NCBI GenBank assembly: GCA_963770835.1
Contig: CAVYRH010000002.1
Span: 96,001-160,000 of the forward strand
Direction: 5' to 3'
From: an uncultured Pseudomonadota bacterium
GTDB taxonomy: Bacteria; Oederibacteriota; Muellerivitia; Muellerivitales; Muellerivitaceae
DNA: 64,000 nucleotides
Shown piece after piece: positions 50,353-60,660 of this stretch. A program made the position numbers and the translations under genes. Below the pieces are notes generated by a model. The model made no database searches. It had not been told where the DNA came from and was given only the letters and a program-made list of their open reading frames with translations. How positions within the stretch are numbered: the first letter of the stretch is position 1; each line of letters begins with the position of its first letter.

Positions 50353-51183
50353 TCATTGGTAAATATCCACAGGCGGAAGAATGAAAACATAGTCCAATGC
50401 TGCGAAGTCCACGACCGGAGCCACCTCAATTTCAATGGTCAGCCCGTTTTCCGACTCTGTTTTCTTGACTACCGTTCCAAGGGGATACCCCTTTGGAAAT
50501 ATTCCCCCGAGACCCGAGGAAACCAAGACGTCGTTCTTTTGCACGTCCTCGCTCGAGTTGACATAGGCATATCTAAGCTGGTTACGACCCGTTCCCTGGA
50601 CGATGCCAGTCACTTGGGATCTCTCGTCAATGCCCGCCACGCTGGATCCGCTGTCCGTCGCCAAGAGCACCTTTGAATTTTTGGGGGTAACCTCCAAAAC
50701 ACGGCCCACCAAACCTTGCTCAGAGATAACCGGTGAATCCTCCTGGATGCCATCGTTCGACCCCAAATCCACGACGAAGCTGCTGTTCCAAGTGCTGGGA
50801 TCGTGCGCGACGATACGGGCGATCTTGGCGGTGTGGGGCAACCGGGCCTTCAATTGTAAAACCTCCTGCAGATGGGACAACTCGGACTCGACCGATTTAT
50901 GGTTGGCCAGCTCCAGGCGCAAAGATTGGTTTTCCAACTGGAGCCGTTCCACCTCCTGCCGCAAGGTTCTTAATTCGCGGATAGCATTCAGGGTATTCTC
51001 CGGGAATGTGATAAGCCAAGTAACGGATTTTTGGAACGGAAGCCAAACAGAAAGAGACATATCTTTTAATACGGTACCCGACTCGCTGCGGTGACCGTTC
51101 CTCTGTACCAGAAGCCATACGCAAAGCAAGAGGACGAAAGCGAGGAAAAATTTGGAGAGATTTTTGAGGAAAAATTTCAGCAT
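50353..51183 (-). CDS. mreC: Rod shape-determining protein MreC
   Basis: TM segment plus coiled coil, GLVGRV and SGLGGIFPKG. Confidence 0.93.
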   Translation of the reverse strand: MLKFFLKNLSKFFLAFVLLLCVWLLVQRNGHRSESGTVLKDMSLSVWLPFQKSVTWLITFPENTLNAIRELRTLRQEVERLQLENQSLRLELANHKSVESELSHLQEVLQLKARLPHTAKIARIVAHDPSTWNSSFVVDLGSNDGIQEDSPVISEQGLVGRVLEVTPKNSKVLLATDSGSSVAGIDERSQVTGIVQGTGRNQLRYAYVNSSEDVQKNDVLVSSGLGGIFPKGYPLGTVVKKTESENGLTIEIEVAPVVDFAALDYVFILPPVDIYQ

Positions 51184-51199
51184 GAAACCCCAAGACCAT

Positions 51200-51258
51200 C
51201 TGTCAGCTTTCAGTCCTCAGTCGTTAGCTGAGACCTGACAACCGAGGACTGACGACAG
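51200..51258. repeat. Heptad (CAG/CTG) imperfect hairpin between mreB and mreC
   Basis: ctgtcagctttcagtcctcagtcgttag ... ctgacaaccgaggactgacgacag. Confidence 0.6.
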
Positions 51259-51261
51259 TAT

Positions 51262-52302
51262 TTAAATGTATTCTTTCTCGAGGACGGAAATGCGTTTGAG
51301 AAAATCCATGGAACGGTCCAATAAATGCCCCGCGCCCATGGCGACCGCCGTGGTGGGATCGTCCGCCAAGTTCACCGGCACGCCTGTTTCATCCCTCAGG
51401 CGTTCATCTAAATTCTTCAAAAGGGAGGAACCGCCGGCGAGAATAATGCCCCGGTCCACGATATCCGCCGCCAGCTCGGGAGGCGTGCGCTCCAGTGTCA
51501 TCTTGATGCACTCGATGATGGGAATCAAAGGTTCTTCCAGGGCGCCGCGCACTTCCTCGCTTGTCAACTCAATGGTCTTCGGCAGTCCGGTCACCAGGTC
51601 GCGACCCTTGATTTGCATGCGCAATTCCTGCTCCAGGGGGAAAGCCGATCCAATCTGAATTTTGATGTCCTCGGCGGTTCTTTCCCCAACCAGGATGTTA
51701 TAGGTACGTTTGATGTAGTTGATAATGGCCTCGTCCAGTTCATCCCCGGCCACGCGAATGGACTTCCCGTAAACGATATCGCCTAAGGAAATGACCGCCA
51801 CCTCGGTTGTTCCCCCGCCGATATCCACGATCATATTGCCCTGGGGTTCGGCGATGGGCATACCCGCCCCAATGGCCGCCGCCATGGGCTCCTCCACAAG
51901 GTAGACTTCCCGGGCGCCCGCTTGTTCCGCTGAATCGCGCACGGCGCGTTTTTCAACCTCGGTGCAACCGGACGGTATGGCCACGACGATGCGGGGGCGG
52001 ATCAAGGACCGGCGGTTGTGCACCTTGGAAATGAAGTACCGAAGCATTCGCTCCGTCACCTCGAAGTCGGCAATGACGCCGTCCTTCATTGGTCGGATGG
52101 AGACAATGGAGCCGGGGGTTCTGCCCAGCATCAACTTGGCGTCATTTCCAACCGCCAAGATTTGGTTGGTGCTCTTATGCACGACGACAAGGGACGGTTC
52201 TTGAAGGACAATACCGCGTCCCTTGACATAAACCAGCGTGGTGGCTGTCCCCAAGTCAATGGCCACGTCACTGGAGAATAATCCTAAAAGAAAGTTTAAC
52301 AA
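51262..52302 (-). CDS. mreB: Rod shape-determining protein MreB
   Basis: [41 protein letters not shown] and TPPELAADI. Confidence 0.97.
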   Translation of the reverse strand: MLNFLLGLFSSDVAIDLGTATTLVYVKGRGIVLQEPSLVVVHKSTNQILAVGNDAKLMLGRTPGSIVSIRPMKDGVIADFEVTERMLRYFISKVHNRRSLIRPRIVVAIPSGCTEVEKRAVRDSAEQAGAREVYLVEEPMAAAIGAGMPIAEPQGNMIVDIGGGTTEVAVISLGDIVYGKSIRVAGDELDEAIINYIKRTYNILVGERTAEDIKIQIGSAFPLEQELRMQIKGRDLVTGLPKTIELTSEEVRGALEEPLIPIIECIKMTLERTPPELAADIVDRGIILAGGSSLLKNLDERLRDETGVPVNLADDPTTAVAMGAGHLLDRSMDFLKRISVLEKEYI

Positions 52303-52601
52303 TCTCAGCTCCTTGGTGTCCCTACACTCAACTCAATCCAGGTTCGAAATAAAATTAAAAGACACACAACATACGTTGTTGCGTCCCCGTTTTCCTAATG
52401 TTTGCAGGGCAAAAAAGAACCCCAGTTGAAAAACCGGGGAATTTTGAAAAAAAAAGGAAAGCCTTGAAATCAGAGGTTGTAATATAACATAGTGGCTAAG
52501 GTAGTCCAATCCTTTTCACCAATCCCCTTCTTGCCACCGTTGAAAAGACAGTGGAATTGGAAATTAAAGTGTTGAGGGTCCTCAGGCTCGCGTTTAAACC
52601 A

Positions 52602-53075
52602 CTACTTCTTTTCAATATTGGTAGGCAGGGGAGCGGAATCGGCCTTCTTGGATTTTTCCTTTAAGATACGCTCAAACAACTTGAGGTATTCTTTTTTGAG
52701 GTCGGCAGTGCTGAAGTTCCGGTATTGTCCTTCATTGTATTTCTCCCCCAAATATTCCTTGCTCTGGCGGATAAAAGTAAGGACCGCACCGATATTTTCA
52801 TCCATCTCGCCAGTACCAGCCGAGGGAGTCTCAATGACAACCCGTTGAAGAATGCCTTCGCGATATCGGCCGATCTGGTCTTCGGTGGGATTGACGATAC
52901 CGGTAACCTTGCCCGAGAAGTTCTCGATGAAGAAAAGTACTTCCACTTCCTTTCCATATAACTCGGAAATAGCCAATACAGAAGGAGACTTGGGCTTAGC
53001 TTGTAAGTCAGCCCCGCATTGACTGCAAAACTTGCTTTGGGGGTCGTTTTTAGTACCGCACTGGCTGCATTTCAT
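52602..53075 (-). CDS. Zinc-ribbon domain protein
   Basis: N-terminal CSQCG...KFCSQCG. Confidence 0.75.
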   Translation of the reverse strand: MKCSQCGTKNDPQSKFCSQCGADLQAKPKSPSVLAISELYGKEVEVLFFIENFSGKVTGIVNPTEDQIGRYREGILQRVVIETPSAGTGEMDENIGAVLTFIRQSKEYLGEKYNEGQYRNFSTADLKKEYLKLFERILKEKSKKADSAPLPTNIEKK

Positions 53076-53434
53076 GAAAGGTGCTCTCCATTTAATAAAC
53101 GGGGCTAACTATACCACGACCTTTTCCCGTTGCAAGGCCTTTTACCCTGGTTTTCACGTTTTTCTTTCCTAGCCCTAACGGTTTTTTGCGTCGTTACTTG
53201 AACTTTTTCATGCAACTTTAAATTTTCACGATTCCTCCCCGTTGTTAAGGTTCCGTAAAAACCAAGAAGGTGCTTTTGGGAGTCTTCGTTAAAAATCGTT
53301 TGCAGAAATTAAGTTTCTCTAAAGCGAGAGATAGAACTTCAAAATATTTTTTGTTCATTTTCAAGCTCAACCTAAACTGACAAAAATTCAAATTTGTTAT
53401 TGAACCCCTTTACAATCCGATATAGCTTTAAACC

Positions 53435-53608
53435 ATGTTCTTTTATCAACGCCGAAGCAAAATAGATGCTTCGGGACAAGCGGCAGTGGAATATCTTCTG
53501 ACATTAACGGTGGTTTTCATCGCTTTCGCCGGAGTGTCGGTTTTATTTTCGAACCAGGTGAACCATTATCTTTCCCTGCTGTTCGACATGATTGTTCTGC
53601 CGTTTTAA
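53435..53608 (+). CDS. Flp-like / class III signal-peptide pilin (57 aa, absent from the ORF track)
   Basis: MFFYQRRSKIDASG|QAAVEYLLTLTVVFIAFAGVSVLF...: G|xxxxEY cleavage motif followed by a hydrophobic helix. Confidence 0.75.
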   Translation: MFFYQRRSKIDASGQAAVEYLLTLTVVFIAFAGVSVLFSNQVNHYLSLLFDMIVLPF

Positions 53609-53626
53609 TTTGAAAGGAGAAGTCAG

Positions 53627-53794
53627 ATGAAGAAGCTAAATCAAAAAGGCCAAGGCATGACTGAGTATATTTTGATTGTTGCCCTGATTGCAGTGGCAGT
53701 AATAGGCGCTGTTAAAATCTTTGGCGGAAAAGTACATGAAGGTTTTGACAATGCTACCACCCAGGTGGGAAAAGCCATTCCAACCCCGAATTAA
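53627..53794 (+). CDS. flp: Flp family type IVb major pilin (55 aa, absent from the ORF track)
   Basis: AAGGAG RBS; MKKLNQKG|QGMTEYILIVALIAVAVIGAVKIFGGKV... Confidence 0.9.
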   Translation: MKKLNQKGQGMTEYILIVALIAVAVIGAVKIFGGKVHEGFDNATTQVGKAIPTPN

Positions 53795-53798
53795 TCGA

Positions 53799-54338
53799 GT
53801 GATTTCTTTCCGGAAGAAGGTACCAAAGGGACAATCAGCCGTTGAATTCGTCTTGATTGCCCCTTTGCTTTTTCTTATCTTTTTTGGCATTATTCAACTC
53901 TCTTATATGGCCTATGTGTCTTTAGCCGTGCAACGCGCTGCTTTAGCCGTGGCTCGCAATGCATCCCTATCTGGCCGAGATAATTCCTTAGCCTTCAAAA
54001 CCCAATTGGTTATTTCTCTTTTTCCGATTACCAATTTGAGCTCCAAAACACTTTCGACTATTCTAGCCAGTGATTACAAAATCACCTTTTCTTCTGATTA
54101 CCAAGAAATTACCGCACAAGTCCGTTATCCCATGCCCATTTGGGTACCCCTCGTCCAAAACTTTTTGGGGGAGGACTTGGCATCTCCCGGTGACACCGAC
54201 CAAACGTCGGAGGGCGAGGCGATTATTGCCGTTTATCGATTTTTAGGCAAAACCCCGCCTGATTTGTCATTTCAAGGACTTCACCAGCCCGTCGTCTGGC
54301 TCAACTACCAAGTAACAACCTTCAACGAGGGTTACTAG
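53799..54338 (+). CDS. TadE-like minor pilin
   Basis: KG|QSAVEFVLIAPLLF...FGIIQ...AALAVAR; the likely start is GTG at 53799. Confidence 0.85.
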   Translation: MISFRKKVPKGQSAVEFVLIAPLLFLIFFGIIQLSYMAYVSLAVQRAALAVARNASLSGRDNSLAFKTQLVISLFPITNLSSKTLSTILASDYKITFSSDYQEITAQVRYPMPIWVPLVQNFLGEDLASPGDTDQTSEGEAIIAVYRFLGKTPPDLSFQGLHQPVVWLNYQVTTFNEGY

Positions 54339-54343
54339 TTCAA

Positions 54344-55435
54344 ATGAAAGAATTGCGCACCCTCAGCCAAAAGCCCCTCGGTCAAGTCCTGCTTGCAACC
54401 CTTCTTTTTTGTTTCATATTTTTGGCCCTTTTCGTTGGGCTTTACAAAAGCGGGATCGCCTATATCGGCAAGGAGCGCGCCAGGCGATCCACCAATCTTA
54501 CTGCGTTAACTGCGGGAGCGGTTTATGCCAACGGCCTTCAGATGGTCCGCGAAAGCAACTTTCTCCTAATGTTTTTAGTGAGCGCTGATCTTTATAAGGA
54601 CGGACTAGCAGCGGCCGCAGCAGCGGAAGGTGGCCCCCCCGCCATGGTTGCGGCGGCTTTAGCGGCTGATAAAGTCAACTCCCGGACCCCTTTCCAAAAA
54701 TTTCAGAGTATTTTTTTCGGTATTGACACTCCTCCGGGCGCATATCCCTTGCTTATTGAAGGCCAAGCATTAGCCACCGCCAACGAAAACCAACTTTCTT
54801 TCCTCCCAGCCTATGCTTACAACTACGAAACCGCGACCGCAGAGAACGTGTTAATTCCCAATATGGCCCTTCGATTTAGAACCGCTGCGGAACTTCTTCC
54901 GGAACCTCAAAAGGGGACATATTCCTTGCTTCACAATGGAGAAAGGCAGTATTTTTCATCGGAGGAGGTCGAATCGGCCCACAATCCAAGGCATCCGAAC
55001 CAAATGCGGGTCAAGAAAAACTCTAATTCGGACTTTGCGGGTTGGTGGGTTCGAAAGGAAAAAAACGGATCTGATACGGGAAAAGAATCCGGTTCTTTAT
55101 CAGGTTCAGCGGATTTTCTCAACAGCCTGAAAGATTTCTTTAAACAATTCAAGCTGGACGTGACGGATAGGGATGACCCACCCTGCCACACCTTCTCGCT
55201 ATTTAGCTCAATGAAATCAAAATTGGGGGATGAAGAAAAGAATTTTTACCAAGCCGGCGAAATTCGCGTGGATACCTACGGCCTAGCGGCTTGGGACACC
55301 CTTCCCTTGCAGGTTTATATGGAGAAGGTGGACATAAGTAGCTTGCCTGTCATTCGAGACACCCTTGAAAAGTTCAACGGTTTTCCCTTAACAGACCAAA
55401 TATTAAAAAAGTCGGATATATTAAACGGCCTATGA
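54344..55435 (+). CDS. TadG-like minor pilin
   Basis: G|QVLL followed by a hydrophobic helix and the ..TALTAG pattern; within the Tad locus. Confidence 0.65.
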   Translation: MKELRTLSQKPLGQVLLATLLFCFIFLALFVGLYKSGIAYIGKERARRSTNLTALTAGAVYANGLQMVRESNFLLMFLVSADLYKDGLAAAAAAEGGPPAMVAAALAADKVNSRTPFQKFQSIFFGIDTPPGAYPLLIEGQALATANENQLSFLPAYAYNYETATAENVLIPNMALRFRTAAELLPEPQKGTYSLLHNGERQYFSSEEVESAHNPRHPNQMRVKKNSNSDFAGWWVRKEKNGSDTGKESGSLSGSADFLNSLKDFFKQFKLDVTDRDDPPCHTFSLFSSMKSKLGDEEKNFYQAGEIRVDTYGLAAWDTLPLQVYMEKVDISSLPVIRDTLEKFNGFPLTDQILKKSDILNGL

Positions 55436-55899
55436 AAAACCAGCCAAAAACCAAGGGGCAATGCGGCCAAGCAATGGTTGAAATGCTGATTTGCATTCCC
55501 ATCCTATTTTTGTTCCTGGCCTGGATCGTTCAATTTTTCATTCTTTTCGAATCTCGTGTTCAATTCGAACATTCCTGCGGTGAAGCTGCCAGGCAATACT
55601 GTCGGGGCCTCATTGACAAAGACTCCCTCGGGCCCAAGATTTACGAAAACTTGGGTTCTGTTCAAAAATATTTCGACCCCCAAACCATAACCGTCACCAT
55701 TCAACAACCCAGCTCCACGGCGGATTCGGCGATTGATAAGGTAAGAAACGCCGTTCGTTTTATTCCCTTTACATTAAATTACGATGGTTACGAGTGGGCT
55801 GTGGACGCCAATTGCGCTCCACCTTTTTTTCTAAAGATCATCTTCCCATCCGGAATCACTTTTCATTCCATCATGCAGGTTTACAGGTATCCGGGGTGA
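55432..55899 (+). CDS. TadE-like minor pilin
   Basis: G|QAMVEMLICIPILF...EAAR. Confidence 0.82.
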   Translation: MKNQPKTKGQCGQAMVEMLICIPILFLFLAWIVQFFILFESRVQFEHSCGEAARQYCRGLIDKDSLGPKIYENLGSVQKYFDPQTITVTIQQPSSTADSAIDKVRNAVRFIPFTLNYDGYEWAVDANCAPPFFLKIIFPSGITFHSIMQVYRYPG

Positions 55900-55902
55900 G
55901 AC

Positions 55903-56625
55903 ATGGTTAAATTCAAATGGTTTTGGATTACATTTATTGTCTGGTGTCTCCTTGGCGGTGTAGGGGCTTGGGCATTGATTTTTTCCCCTTTTTCCTTCAC
56001 GTCAACAAAAGTCACAGAATTCAAAGCGGAAATCAACGGCGGTACTGCCGAAAGTCAAATCCTGGTCAGTTCCGCATCGCTAGGTTCATCCCTTGATTCC
56101 TTAACCAAGGAATGGCAAGCCGAAGGGTGGAATCGCGTTTCCGGAAACTTAAACTTGGCCTCTATCCTTCTCGATATGCCCAAGGGATATGCAAGGGTTT
56201 TGGATTCCATTGTTCAAGTACAAATGTTCCAAAGCAAAGACTCTTTCCGTCTCTTAGGCCTCTGGAGCGATTTTAATGATCACCAAACTTATGAATGGGT
56301 TACCGATGTGCCTCAAAAAATCATGAAATCTCAGAAACCCGCTGACGTGGATTTTCCATTAAAACCGCCTGCGAAGGCCGCTAACGTCTTAACTATCAAA
56401 TCAGGGAAAATAGAGGTTTGTTCTTGGTCTCTTGCTTCCCAAACAGAATCCCCCGCCCAATTCACGAGCATCTTCGCTTTGGAGGGTTTTAATAGCTACC
56501 TTTGGTCAAAACAGCCTGGGGAATGGTTTTACATCCTTAATCGAGGTTCCATTAAATTGTTGGCTGTGGTACAGACGAAAGGCGAAGAAAATTTAATATC
56601 TTTGGTGAAACTCGACAAAAATTAG
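55903..56625 (+). CDS. Hypothetical membrane-anchored protein in the Tad locus
   Basis: N-terminal TM segment; tightly co-oriented with its neighbours. Confidence 0.65.
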   Translation: MVKFKWFWITFIVWCLLGGVGAWALIFSPFSFTSTKVTEFKAEINGGTAESQILVSSASLGSSLDSLTKEWQAEGWNRVSGNLNLASILLDMPKGYARVLDSIVQVQMFQSKDSFRLLGLWSDFNDHQTYEWVTDVPQKIMKSQKPADVDFPLKPPAKAANVLTIKSGKIEVCSWSLASQTESPAQFTSIFALEGFNSYLWSKQPGEWFYILNRGSIKLLAVVQTKGEENLISLVKLDKN

Positions 56626-56714
56626 TTTAATATTTCGTACATTTCTTGCTGGGGATGCTTTTAGTTATTTGCCTTTCAAACGTCACTATTTATTGCTGAT
56701 ACGGAAAATAATTC

Positions 56715-57497
56715 ATGAACAATCGAAACTCAATAATCGCATTGGTTATCGGGGTCTTGTTCGGGAGCTTAGCTTTCTTCTTGTTATACCAGCAGGCCTC
56801 GGAAGTTGAGAAAAAAACTACGCCCGTGCAAATCCTAGTCGCCACGCAGTACATTCCGGCTGGTGTTTTTTTGAAGCCCGACATAGTCGAAAGAAAGGCC
56901 ATTCCCGATTCCTATGTCAGCCCCAGCGCCATCCGGGACTTGAAGGAAGTGGATGGCTTGATGACTTTGGTTCCTGTCTCAGCCGGCGAGCAGATACTTT
57001 CTAACAAATTCGGCGAAGGGGAGGCCACACTTGCCTTGGCCCTCAACCCTGGTTATCGCGCATACACCCTTGCTATTGACGAAACCACGGGAGTTGGTAA
57101 CCTTCTAAAGCCCGGCAATCATGTGGACATTCTCACGAAGCTTGAGTCTGAAAAACGAATCGTAACCTCCTTTGTTTTTCAAAACATCCAAATCTTAGCT
57201 GTAGGCCAAAAGCTTAATTGGCGTCATATTTCTCAAAAGTCATCGGATTCAAAACAGAGTGATGGCGACTCTGGTTATGGAACAGTCACTCTAGCTGTAA
57301 CACCGGAGCAAGCGGAAACCTTGATGTACCTTGAAGGCCGCCCTTTACGTTTGATCCTGAGAGGGCCCAACGACGAAGAAATCGTTTCCATCCCTTCCCA
57401 AAGCGAATCGGAAGTGCTGTCCAAACTGGGGCACTTCACCCCTTCGGCCAAGCGCGGAATACAAATCATTCACGGAGCTTCAAAAACAGGAGAATAA
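56715..57497 (+). CDS. cpaB: Flp pilus assembly protein CpaB/RcpC
   Basis: SAF domain, GYRAYTL, LKPGNHVDIL, QNIQILAVG and VTLAVTPEQAE. Confidence 0.92.
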   Translation: MNNRNSIIALVIGVLFGSLAFFLLYQQASEVEKKTTPVQILVATQYIPAGVFLKPDIVERKAIPDSYVSPSAIRDLKEVDGLMTLVPVSAGEQILSNKFGEGEATLALALNPGYRAYTLAIDETTGVGNLLKPGNHVDILTKLESEKRIVTSFVFQNIQILAVGQKLNWRHISQKSSDSKQSDGDSGYGTVTLAVTPEQAETLMYLEGRPLRLILRGPNDEEIVSIPSQSESEVLSKLGHFTPSAKRGIQIIHGASKTGE

Positions 57498-57500
57498 AAC

Positions 57501-58511
57501 TTGAAAAAATTTCTAGTCGGATTTTTGATCCTAGGCTTTATGGGCCCCCTTCAAGCTTTTGCCGACTCAGGTCCTATTTATTTGACGATCGGCGAATCCA
57601 AACTCATTCACGTGGAATCCGCCAAGAAAGTCGCAATTGGCAACCCGGAAATCGCTGACGTTACCGGGGTTAGCGACCAGGAAATTCTCCTATCCGCCAA
57701 ATCTGCGGGGAATACCAATTTGATTTTCATTTCCCCGGACGGTGAAAAGGAAACACGCATGGTCACCGTATCCGCACACAATTTGAAGAAATCAATGGTC
57801 GAAGTGGATGTGGAAGTCATGGAGATAGATTCTCAAAGTGCGCTTAAAGCGGGATTAAGTTGGGGCTCGGTAACCTCTTCTAATTCGGGATCTTCGAGCG
57901 GGACGGTAACCCCGAACAACCTTACGATCGGGGAAAATAGTCCCCCGCCCCTCGTGGCATTTGGTTCGTTTTCTCGTCAGAGTTTGACGGCTAGCATCCA
58001 GCTTTTAATCGACCGCGGCAAAGCTAAAATCCTTTCCAAACCAAAGCTGTTGGCGGTTAGTGGATCAGAGGCCAGCTTTCTTTCGGGTGGCGAGATTCCC
58101 TATGTTTCCGAAAGCAATCTGGGCTCCACCAACGTCCAATGGAAGCCCTATGGCGTTAAATTGAAGATCAAGCCGAGCATTGATGGGGAGGACAATATTT
58201 CCGCCGACCTGCGCGTGGAGGTAAGCGGCATCGACAATGCCAATGGAGTTTCTACCGGCAACGGCATCATCATTCCCGCATTGAGCACCCGGTGGGCCGA
58301 AACCTCGGTCTATATGAAAAGCGGAAGCACGCTCGTCATTGCCGGACTCATCAATGAGAACGACCAAAAACTAACGTCCGGCGTACCCCTTTTGAGCGAC
58401 ATCCCGATCCTCGGGGAACTTTTCCGATTCACGAATGATTCAAAAACTCAAACCGAATTGGTTATTTTCGTAACACCTTCGTTGGTGGGTCAGTCAGAAA
58501 ATGAAAGCTAA
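57501..58511 (+). CDS. cpaC: Tad secretin CpaC/RcpA (compact)
   Basis: VAIGNPEIADV, ASFLSGGEIP, YGVKL, LVIAGL, PLLSDIPILGELF and ELVIFVTP. Confidence 0.9.
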   Translation: MKKFLVGFLILGFMGPLQAFADSGPIYLTIGESKLIHVESAKKVAIGNPEIADVTGVSDQEILLSAKSAGNTNLIFISPDGEKETRMVTVSAHNLKKSMVEVDVEVMEIDSQSALKAGLSWGSVTSSNSGSSSGTVTPNNLTIGENSPPPLVAFGSFSRQSLTASIQLLIDRGKAKILSKPKLLAVSGSEASFLSGGEIPYVSESNLGSTNVQWKPYGVKLKIKPSIDGEDNISADLRVEVSGIDNANGVSTGNGIIIPALSTRWAETSVYMKSGSTLVIAGLINENDQKLTSGVPLLSDIPILGELFRFTNDSKTQTELVIFVTPSLVGQSENES

Positions 58512-58549
58512 AAACTAAGCGGCTTTATAAAAGCCGATACTCCTTCTCC

Positions 58550-59020
58550 TTATTCGGCTGGGGGGGCGTTTAAAGCGCCTTCTACCGTATCCCCTGGTTT
58601 TAACCCCTCTTTTGTGAACCAACCCGCGTTCATTTCCAAGGCATATTTAGCCGGGCCCTTGGACCAAATACTTTCCTCGTTTTGGGGTTGCATTTCGGCT
58701 ATGTTTTCAATAATCCCCTTTTCGTCCATGAAAGCGATACTCAGTGGGATCACTGTGTTTTTCATCCAAAAAGCTCGTGTCGCCGAATCAGGAAAAACAA
58801 ATAACATTCCGCTGTTCCAATCCATGGCCTGCCGAAACATCAACCCCAAATCTCGAGTAGCTTCCTTATTGGCCACCTCCACCCAAATTTCTTGTCCGCC
58901 CAATTTCAAAGAAACGATCGGGAGGTCGCTCTTGGGTTTGGGGTGGCGGGATGAGCAGCCCAAAAGGAGTGCTATGCCCAAGAGAAGAAATATAAATAAA
59001 GAACGGTGTAGTTTTATCAT
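58550..59020 (-). CDS. DUF192 family lipoprotein
   Basis: EVA...RDLGLMFR, GMLFVF, FWMKNTVIPLSIAF and ALEMNAG. Confidence 0.92.
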   Translation of the reverse strand: MIKLHRSLFIFLLLGIALLLGCSSRHPKPKSDLPIVSLKLGGQEIWVEVANKEATRDLGLMFRQAMDWNSGMLFVFPDSATRAFWMKNTVIPLSIAFMDEKGIIENIAEMQPQNEESIWSKGPAKYALEMNAGWFTKEGLKPGDTVEGALNAPPAE

Positions 59021-59118
59021 GAGGTTCGAACCTTTACCCCTAAAATTGATCCGCTACTTCTAGTCCTAAAAGTGAAATAAATTGACGCTTTTCGAGGGGT
59101 TGTCTTAATATATCTTAT

Positions 59119-60255
59119 ATGAAAAGGCTTTGCTTAACTTTTGCTTTTCTTTTCCTCCTTGCGCCATTTTTATCTTCAGCCGCTTATTCCGCCACATCGA
59201 AGAAAAAGAAGTCTTCCAAGAAAAAAACACATTCTCATTCTGTAGTAGCCAAGAAGAAAACCACTTCCGAAGCCCAAACCACTGAAGTCGCCCCAACAGT
59301 TGAGCGAAACCACGGAATACCCCGCACCAAATTGACAGATGCTTATAATTACGCCAAAGGCCTATATGAGGCCCAGCAGTTCGATAAGGCGAAAGAAATC
59401 TTTAAAAAGCTGGTGTTGGCCGCCACTGATTCCGATCTCAACGCCAATTCCCTTTACCTTTATTCCCAGTGCTCTTTTCATACCGAGGATTTCTTAGGAT
59501 GCGTAAAAGCCTTGAACATCCTGGTCAAGCGGTGGCCTGATTGCCCCATCGTCAAAACGGGCTATGTGGCCCGCTTTTGTTCCCACCTAATTAACGATGA
59601 AGCCAATCTTCAAACAAGCTGGGACTACATGCGCTTTGAATCACGGTTCGATGATAAAGGCAATCCAGTTTGGAAGGAAAGCATCCCCCCCGGATTCAAA
59701 CTGAAGCGAATCAATTTCAAATTGGCTTTTGGACTTTACGGGGTTTTGAAAACGCTCCAACCCGACTCAACCCAATCCACAACCGCCAAGCAAGAATTGG
59801 AAACCATGCTCAATGCGCCTATTACTATGGTCTGGGTGGATGAAAAGGCACCTCCAACTCGTTTTGGCCATCCCGCTGATTTCTTTTCAATCTTCTCGAT
59901 AAATGAAAAAAAGGATTTTTCCAAGCTTATTTGCCAGAGAATGTTCTTTGATTGGCAAAGCGAAAAGCTTTACCAGTTTTTGGACATGTACGACGACGTG
60001 CGCAATTTAAAACCCCGCTTCGTTGCGCGAAGCAAACCCCCTGAAGAAGCGGTAACCCAATCGGGCCCCATCACCACATCTGGGAATCAAGTTTTAGTCC
60101 CCATTGCAGCTGGACCTTCCGCCTCGACGCCCATCCAGCAAGATCCATTGGCCGTTTTGACCCTGTCCAAGCTTTTTCAATTATCCGGCTATAATCCTTA
60201 CACCGACAGCTTCACCAACGTGATTGAAACTTCACCCACCGAATTGAACCTTTGA
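59119..60255 (+). CDS. Secreted TPR-like (BamD/YfiO-like repeats) protein
   Basis: Signal peptide, Lys-rich linker and YNYAKGLY...AKEIF...RWP helical repeats. Confidence 0.65.
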   Translation: MKRLCLTFAFLFLLAPFLSSAAYSATSKKKKSSKKKTHSHSVVAKKKTTSEAQTTEVAPTVERNHGIPRTKLTDAYNYAKGLYEAQQFDKAKEIFKKLVLAATDSDLNANSLYLYSQCSFHTEDFLGCVKALNILVKRWPDCPIVKTGYVARFCSHLINDEANLQTSWDYMRFESRFDDKGNPVWKESIPPGFKLKRINFKLAFGLYGVLKTLQPDSTQSTTAKQELETMLNAPITMVWVDEKAPPTRFGHPADFFSIFSINEKKDFSKLICQRMFFDWQSEKLYQFLDMYDDVRNLKPRFVARSKPPEEAVTQSGPITTSGNQVLVPIAAGPSASTPIQQDPLAVLTLSKLFQLSGYNPYTDSFTNVIETSPTELNL

Positions 60256-60261
60256 CCGTAA

Positions 60262-60660
60262 ATGAAACTTAACTCTTCATCCTTTCTAGTCTTGCTCCTT
60301 TTCCCTCTTTTCGTGTGTAGCACTGCCCGCGCCGACAGTAATCAACCCGCTTCTGATGATAAAACTGTAACGGCCGCCCCATCTCCCACTGAGGATGCTA
60401 GCTCCGTCCAGGCTAGCAACATCAACCACTCCTCCAGCGCCATCAAAGCTTTGATTGTGCACAAACCCATGCCATCCCCTTCCTGGGGCCGGGTTATCCA
60501 ATACCACCGCCAGGAAAATTTCGTGCTTTCAGATAAAAATCGGGAAACTTTGCACGAGTTCCTTTTTCAGGACGAAGCCGGCATCGTTAGGACCGCCGTG
60601 TTCCACGAAAACGCCTCGGGTGACGGCTATTGGGAGGTGTGGGTGTGGGACCAACCATAG
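60262..60660 (+). CDS. Hypothetical secreted protein
   Basis: Signal peptide (ARA-D); 132 aa. Confidence 0.6.
   Translation: MKLNSSSFLVLLLFPLFVCSTARADSNQPASDDKTVTAAPSPTEDASSVQASNINHSSSAIKALIVHKPMPSPSWGRVIQYHRQENFVLSDKNRETLHEFLFQDEAGIVRTAVFHENASGDGYWEVWVWDQP

Noticed and set aside
53721..53798. Extended N-terminus of the TadE-like ORF
   Set aside because: It overlaps the Flp pilin in another frame; GTG at 53799 gives a normal short leader.
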